64,000 nt of DNA from Candidatus Nanohalarchaeota archaeon. GTDB lineage: Archaea > Nanohalarchaeota > Nanosalinia > Nanosalinales > Nanosalinaceae. The stretch lies in the NCBI GenBank assembly GCA_022729235.1, contig JALDAJ010000001.1:96001-160000 (forward strand). The letters run 5' to 3'. The notes under the pieces are model-generated. The model saw only the letters and a list, made by a program, of their open reading frames with translations. It was not told the DNA's origin and ran no database searches. Made by a program: the position numbers and the translations under genes. Positions 60,137 to 64,000 of this stretch are shown here, piece by piece. The stretch's first letter is position 1, and each line of letters begins with the position of its first letter.

Positions 60137-60508
60137 TTGAAACTATTAGATACCTCTGTGATAATAGGACTTCTGCGAGGAGAAGAGAAGATAGAAGAAC
60201 TAGTGGCAGCTGAAGAAGAAACTTTATGTAGCTGCTTTCCTGTCCAGTGTGAGCTGTATCGGGGAACCAGAATAGCTAGAAGAACTGAAGACGGAGAGAA
60301 AGAAGTTGAATCGCTGCTGGATGAGCTTGAAAATCTAGAAACAGACAGAGAATCAGCGAAAAAAGTAGCGGAGCTCATAGAAAAATATTCGGAGATAAAC
60401 ATTTTTGATCTGATGATCGCAGGAAGTTGTTTGGCAAATGATGCCAAAATAATTACAAAAGACCGAGACTTCGAAAAGATAGAGGAGTTAGATGCTCAAA
60501 TAGTTTAG
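60137..60508 (+). CDS. vapC: VapC PIN-domain toxin
   Basis: LLDTSVII, EL..G, FDLMIAG, IITKDRDF. Confidence 0.9.
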   Translation: MKLLDTSVIIGLLRGEEKIEELVAAEEETLCSCFPVQCELYRGTRIARRTEDGEKEVESLLDELENLETDRESAKKVAELIEKYSEINIFDLMIAGSCLANDAKIITKDRDFEKIEELDAQIV

Positions 60509-60520
60509 CTCAGAAAGATG

Positions 60521-60545
60521 ATGGCAGAGCCCGGATTTGAACTGG
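60521..60545 (-). repeat. tRNA-Pro 3' remnant (23/25 identical)
   Basis: atggcagagcccggatttgaactgg compared with atggcagggcccggatttgaaccgg (63626-63650). Confidence 0.85.
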
Positions 60546-60674
60546 CAAGGGAAATCTATAATCATTCAATCTAGCGCGGAATAAAACAGAAGAAAACAAA
60601 TCGAAGTCTAAAAACCCTCCTTTCTCCATATTTAACAAACATTTAAAGAAATATAGTTTCTTAACAAATTTCAA

Positions 60675-61376
60675 ATGAGCCTCAAGGACCTGCTTGAGCG
60701 CATACTACCGGTAGAGCTAGAATTACTTTCCGAGACAGCTTTATTTCTGACTTATACCATATTGGTTTTTTCTCTGGTTCAACGCCTATTAGTTGTTATT
60801 TTCGGTCCTGAAACCTTAGGATTAACCCCGCAGTCACTTATAATCATCGAGACCATCATCGTCCTAGGATCACTCGGACCATTTATTCCGTTGGAAGGTA
60901 TCTTCTTGGCAGCATCAATAGTTTTACTCGCTGTTTCAGCTCTATTTGTCTATTTCATAGATTCCAGAGAGTTACGTTTCGTGGAGAAAATAAAGAGACT
61001 TAGATTTTTGGGCGCCTACCTGTCTTTGTATACTGGTCTATGGATATACACTACTCTTTACGATTTAACAGTGTCTCGTTTTGGCAGTACTATCGATGCA
61101 GATGTCGTAGTAACCCTGTTTGAATTTAATCTCCTCTCAGTCATGTTAACTCTTCTAGGGCTTTCGATCGCTCTACTCTTTCTTAGCCCTATCCTAGTAT
61201 CAGATAAGTCGAGAATAGTGAAGATGATTTCCGCGCGAGCTTATATCTTCGCGATCTCAGTTGTAAGCAGTATTATAGGGTTCGGAGAATTTGGTGCGTT
61301 GATTCTTATCCCATTAATATCAGTACTTATGATAATAGAGTTCATCATATCACTTCTTAGAATCCGACTGAAGTAA
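60675..61376 (+). CDS. Orphan polytopic membrane protein
   Basis: About 7 hydrophobic helices; AT-rich DNA. Confidence 0.65.
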   Translation: MSLKDLLERILPVELELLSETALFLTYTILVFSLVQRLLVVIFGPETLGLTPQSLIIIETIIVLGSLGPFIPLEGIFLAASIVLLAVSALFVYFIDSRELRFVEKIKRLRFLGAYLSLYTGLWIYTTLYDLTVSRFGSTIDADVVVTLFEFNLLSVMLTLLGLSIALLFLSPILVSDKSRIVKMISARAYIFAISVVSSIIGFGEFGALILIPLISVLMIIEFIISLLRIRLK

Positions 61377-61487
61377 ATAACACTGTACTTGAACCGATTT
61401 ACCTGTAAAAAAGCGATAGAGCATGGTTTCACCGACCGTTAGATTTATTACTATAGTAGCACCATAGAATACTTAGGTGAAACATGC

Positions 61488-61721
61488 ATGGCTTCAGTAT
61501 CCGTCAAACTGCCAGACAAATTGAAGAAGCAGATAGAGGACAGAACAGAAGAAGAAGGCTACATGAACAGTTCCGAGTATATTCGACAGGCTGTGCGAGA
61601 GAAAATTAAAGAGGAGACTCAACTTTATCCTGACGAACTCAGAAGGCTGATTAAGCAGGGAGAGAACCCAGAAAAAGGAGAGAACCACAGCCTGGAAGAA
61701 GTAAAAGAAGAGTTCCGATAG
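61488..61721 (+). CDS. Ribbon-helix-helix (CopG-like) antitoxin
   Basis: VSVKLPDKL...GY.NSSEYIRQAVRE...SLEEVK. Confidence 0.85.
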   Translation: MASVSVKLPDKLKKQIEDRTEEEGYMNSSEYIRQAVREKIKEETQLYPDELRRLIKQGENPEKGENHSLEEVKEEFR

Positions 61722-61724
61722 AAA

Positions 61725-62030
61725 ATGGAAGTTATTTTAAAGGAAGAAGCTCGCCAAGACTTGGCCGAGCTAGATGAAGAAATCAGAAATAGAATTCTAG
61801 ACGAGATAGGGAAACTAGAGAAAAACGCAACGCCCGACAAGTCAACATTCATAGAAATCGGCGATATGGAACTTTTCCGGCTTAAGTTACAGAAGAGAGA
61901 CAGAAACTCCCCGCTCAATCACCGCATATTCTACCAGATTGAAGACAAAAAAGTCTACATTAGAGGAATTTTCCACCGACAGAAAGGATACGGGACAGAA
62001 ACTGAAGAAGAATTAGAAGAAAGGATTTGA
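61725..62030 (+). CDS. RelE/ParE-family toxin
   Basis: ARQDLAELDEEIRNRI..., FRLK...HRIFY.I....VYI..IFHR...Y. Confidence 0.82.
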   Translation: MEVILKEEARQDLAELDEEIRNRILDEIGKLEKNATPDKSTFIEIGDMELFRLKLQKRDRNSPLNHRIFYQIEDKKVYIRGIFHRQKGYGTETEEELEERI

Positions 62031-62109
62031 ACCGAGTCATAGACAAACAAGATTGGAGTAATTTGGATTTCGCTATATTCTTTAATAATTTTAGTTAATA
62101 TGATAGGTC

Positions 62110-62643
62110 ATGATATTTAGATTAAAATCAAATTATGAAGGGCAAGACGTTGTTCTATTAGAAGATATTCATCCTAACTATGGGGAAACTGCAGTCTCTT
62201 CATTCAAGATAAGCGAGACTAGAAGAGCAAGAGAACTTCAAGCAGAGGCTGTGGAATATCTACAGCCGGATATTGTTTTGCATGAAGGCCTTCGTCACGA
62301 GGAAAGCGTGGCTCCTGTTAGAGAAGCTGTTGAGAATCTGAATGGCGATAAGGATTGTCAGCTCTTAATGTGGGGTACAGATTATGAGGAACTTGAAAAA
62401 TCCAAGTTGAGCCAATACATGGAAGATGCGAAAGGAAGAGAATTAGATGACAAAGGATGTTTTCAATATTCTCTACTTGATTTTGAAAGAGATGCAGCGA
62501 GACTAGAAATGATTGATGGAATACTCTCAGAATCTCCTGATACGCCAGTAGTGGCTGCTGCCGGAAATGCCCACATACATACTCTTGAGTACGGAATCTC
62601 TATGGAGGGCTATACAGTTTACAAACAGATGCTCGATGTATAG
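62110..62643 (+). CDS. Hypothetical acidic protein, weakly TraB/ChaN-like
   Basis: LLEDIH, PDIVLHEG, ERD, VVAAAGNAH. Confidence 0.55.
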   Translation: MIFRLKSNYEGQDVVLLEDIHPNYGETAVSSFKISETRRARELQAEAVEYLQPDIVLHEGLRHEESVAPVREAVENLNGDKDCQLLMWGTDYEELEKSKLSQYMEDAKGRELDDKGCFQYSLLDFERDAARLEMIDGILSESPDTPVVAAAGNAHIHTLEYGISMEGYTVYKQMLDV

Positions 62644-62729
62644 TGAAGGACTTTTGGAAATAGAACCTTTTGAAATCAAAGAAAACCGTTGGCAGTTCCA
62701 CATTTCTATTAAATCTGGGTAAAAGCAAT

Positions 62730-62836
62730 TGGCAGGACCCGGATTCGAAACCCGTAGGGTTTCTGCATCCTCAGAAAATCGCGCGGATTTTCGATGGACT
62801 TGAACCGGGGTCCAGGCGTCCCAAACGCCCGATGAT
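62730..62836 (-). pseudogene. Partial tRNA-Pro copy interrupted in the T-arm by a double-hairpin insertion
   Basis: 62800-62836 is identical (37 bp) to 63642-63678; 62730-62745 matches the 3' end; the 5' end and most of the D arm are missing. Confidence 0.85.
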
Positions 62837-62884
62837 TATCAGAAGGAGAAATTCATAAAATCCTTGAGGGCTAAACAGGTACAT

Positions 62885-63211
62885 ATGAGCGATTACAAAC
62901 ATCAAGAAATTTTAGAAGATTTTACGGAGAAAGTTAACAAGAACCTAAATGGTAGAGTAGAGGAAGTCATACTCTTCGGTTCATACGCCCGAAACGAACA
63001 ACTACCAGGAAGCGATGTGGACTTGTTAATAGTTCTCAGCGATATCAAGAAGAATGATCAGTCAAAGATTTCTCAGATAGCTGGCAACTACTTCTTAGAA
63101 GATCAACTAGTTCTCTCGCCTAAAATCATTACCTCAGATGACTTGGCAGAGAAGTCAGACTACAGCTTCTTTCAGGAAATACAGGAAGAAGGTGTACAGA
63201 TATATGGATGA
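62885..63211 (+). CDS. Minimal nucleotidyltransferase (MNT antitoxin)
   Basis: VILFGSYAR......SDVDLLIV. Confidence 0.9.
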   Translation: MSDYKHQEILEDFTEKVNKNLNGRVEEVILFGSYARNEQLPGSDVDLLIVLSDIKKNDQSKISQIAGNYFLEDQLVLSPKIITSDDLAEKSDYSFFQEIQEEGVQIYG

Positions 63212-63575
63212 AGAACAAAAAGAACTCTTGAAAGCAGCAAAAAAGAAGCTATCCGTCGCAGAAAAACTATTGAAGGAAGAAGAACTGGCAGACTCTGTCT
63301 CACGAGCATATTATGGAATGTTCCACGCAGCACGCGCATTACTTCTAGAGAAGGATTCTAACCCAAAAACACACCAAGGAGTGATATCAGAACTTGGAAA
63401 ACTATTCCGAAACCAAATAGATCCTGAACTAATATCACAAATGTCCCAAATACAATCTCTTAGAGAAGACGCAGACTACGAACCCTATTTCACAATACAG
63501 AGAGAAAGAGCAGAAGAAGTCATAGAATACTCATCCACCTTCATTGAACAAGTAGAAAACCAAATAGAAGAATAA
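63204..63575 (+). CDS. HEPN-domain protein (MNT partner)
   Basis: SRAYYGMFHAARALL, KTHQGV, REDADY (Rx4Y). Confidence 0.9.
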   Translation: MDEEQKELLKAAKKKLSVAEKLLKEEELADSVSRAYYGMFHAARALLLEKDSNPKTHQGVISELGKLFRNQIDPELISQMSQIQSLREDADYEPYFTIQRERAEEVIEYSSTFIEQVENQIEE

Positions 63576-63626
63576 CTAAGAACTCAAAATTGAATATTCG
63601 CTGATTCTACCTCTAAGACAAAAATA

Positions 63627-63699
63627 TGGCAGGGCCCGGATTTGAACCGGGGTCCAGGCGTCCCAAACGCCCGATGATAGTCCACTACACCACCCCGCC
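63627..63699 (-). tRNA. tRNA-Pro (TGG)
   Basis: GGCGGGG TG GTGTAGTGGACTATCAT C GGGCG TTTGGGA CGCCT GGAC CCCGG TTCAAAT CCGGG CCCTGCC A folds as a cloverleaf. Confidence 0.95.
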
Positions 63700-63772
63700 G
63701 CTACACTCTGGGATGGTTCGAAAACCGTTAAAACGATTTTCTTATCCTCCGAATCCTAGACAGATTCATCGG

Positions 63773-63793
63773 TACACCACCCTCGCCGCTACA
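63773..63793 (-). repeat. Duplicated tRNA-Pro 5' end plus leader
   Basis: tacaccaccctcgccgctaca compared with 63686-63705 tacaccaccccgccgctaca. Confidence 0.75.
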
Positions 63794-64000
63794 AAAGGTC
63801 TATTGGAAGGGTTAACTCATAATGTTTTAAACTTGAACTACACGAAATCATGTTTACGTATTACAAAATTAGCACATAAGCCAATATTAACGTATTTTGT
63901 ATTACAATATTCTATGCTGGTGTAGATTCTTAAGGTTTGGAATCCTGGGAAAACATATGTACTCGGAGGAAATCCAGCAAGAACTGGAGGACAAAGATAT

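Noticed and set aside
59819-63793. CRISPR array
   Set aside because: The repeats are tRNA-derived, degenerate and separated by gene-sized spacers; no cas genes are present.
63626-63925. ORF of 99 aa, and ORF 62670-62858, sharing EPGSRRPKRPMI
   Set aside because: These are antisense translations of tRNA-Pro and its pseudo-copy, not proteins.

Overview
Archaeal DNA. The very acidic secreted proteins, archaeal RNase J, class III (archaeal pilin) signal peptides and compact gene layout fit a halophilic DPANN organism such as a Nanohaloarchaeon; this is inference, not a database result. Layout: (i) 1-6.6 kb holds RNase J, a DsbA-like protein and a first 'fibre + cap' surface operon. (ii) 6.6-36 kb is a glycosylation island with GT2, GT4 and GT-C glycosyltransferases, two flippases, gmd, a sulfatase-fold protein and a carbamoyltransferase. 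Embedded in it is an unexpected sub-cluster of methanofuran-pathway homologues (MfnB, MfnE-like kinase, HisA-like MJ0703/Orf17) coupled to a UbiA transferase, a PaaK-like ligase, an unannotated 30-aa peptide ORF and a radical SAM enzyme. (iii) 36-54.4 kb holds two more secreted, phage-tail-fibre-like proteins with mosaic DNA repeats, an ALK/LTK-like glycine-rich protein, a six-LamG protein with nested domains, and an operon with four pilin-like genes. (iv) 54.4-59.8 kb holds membrane proteins, a secreted nuclease and two copper proteins. (v) 59.8-63.8 kb is an array of toxin-antitoxin and orphan cassettes separated by tRNA-Pro remnants and ending at an intact tRNA-Pro(TGG). The best candidates for new biology are the repurposed furan (Mfn)-UbiA pathway, the modular fibre-adhesin-pilus system and the tRNA-anchored cassette array.
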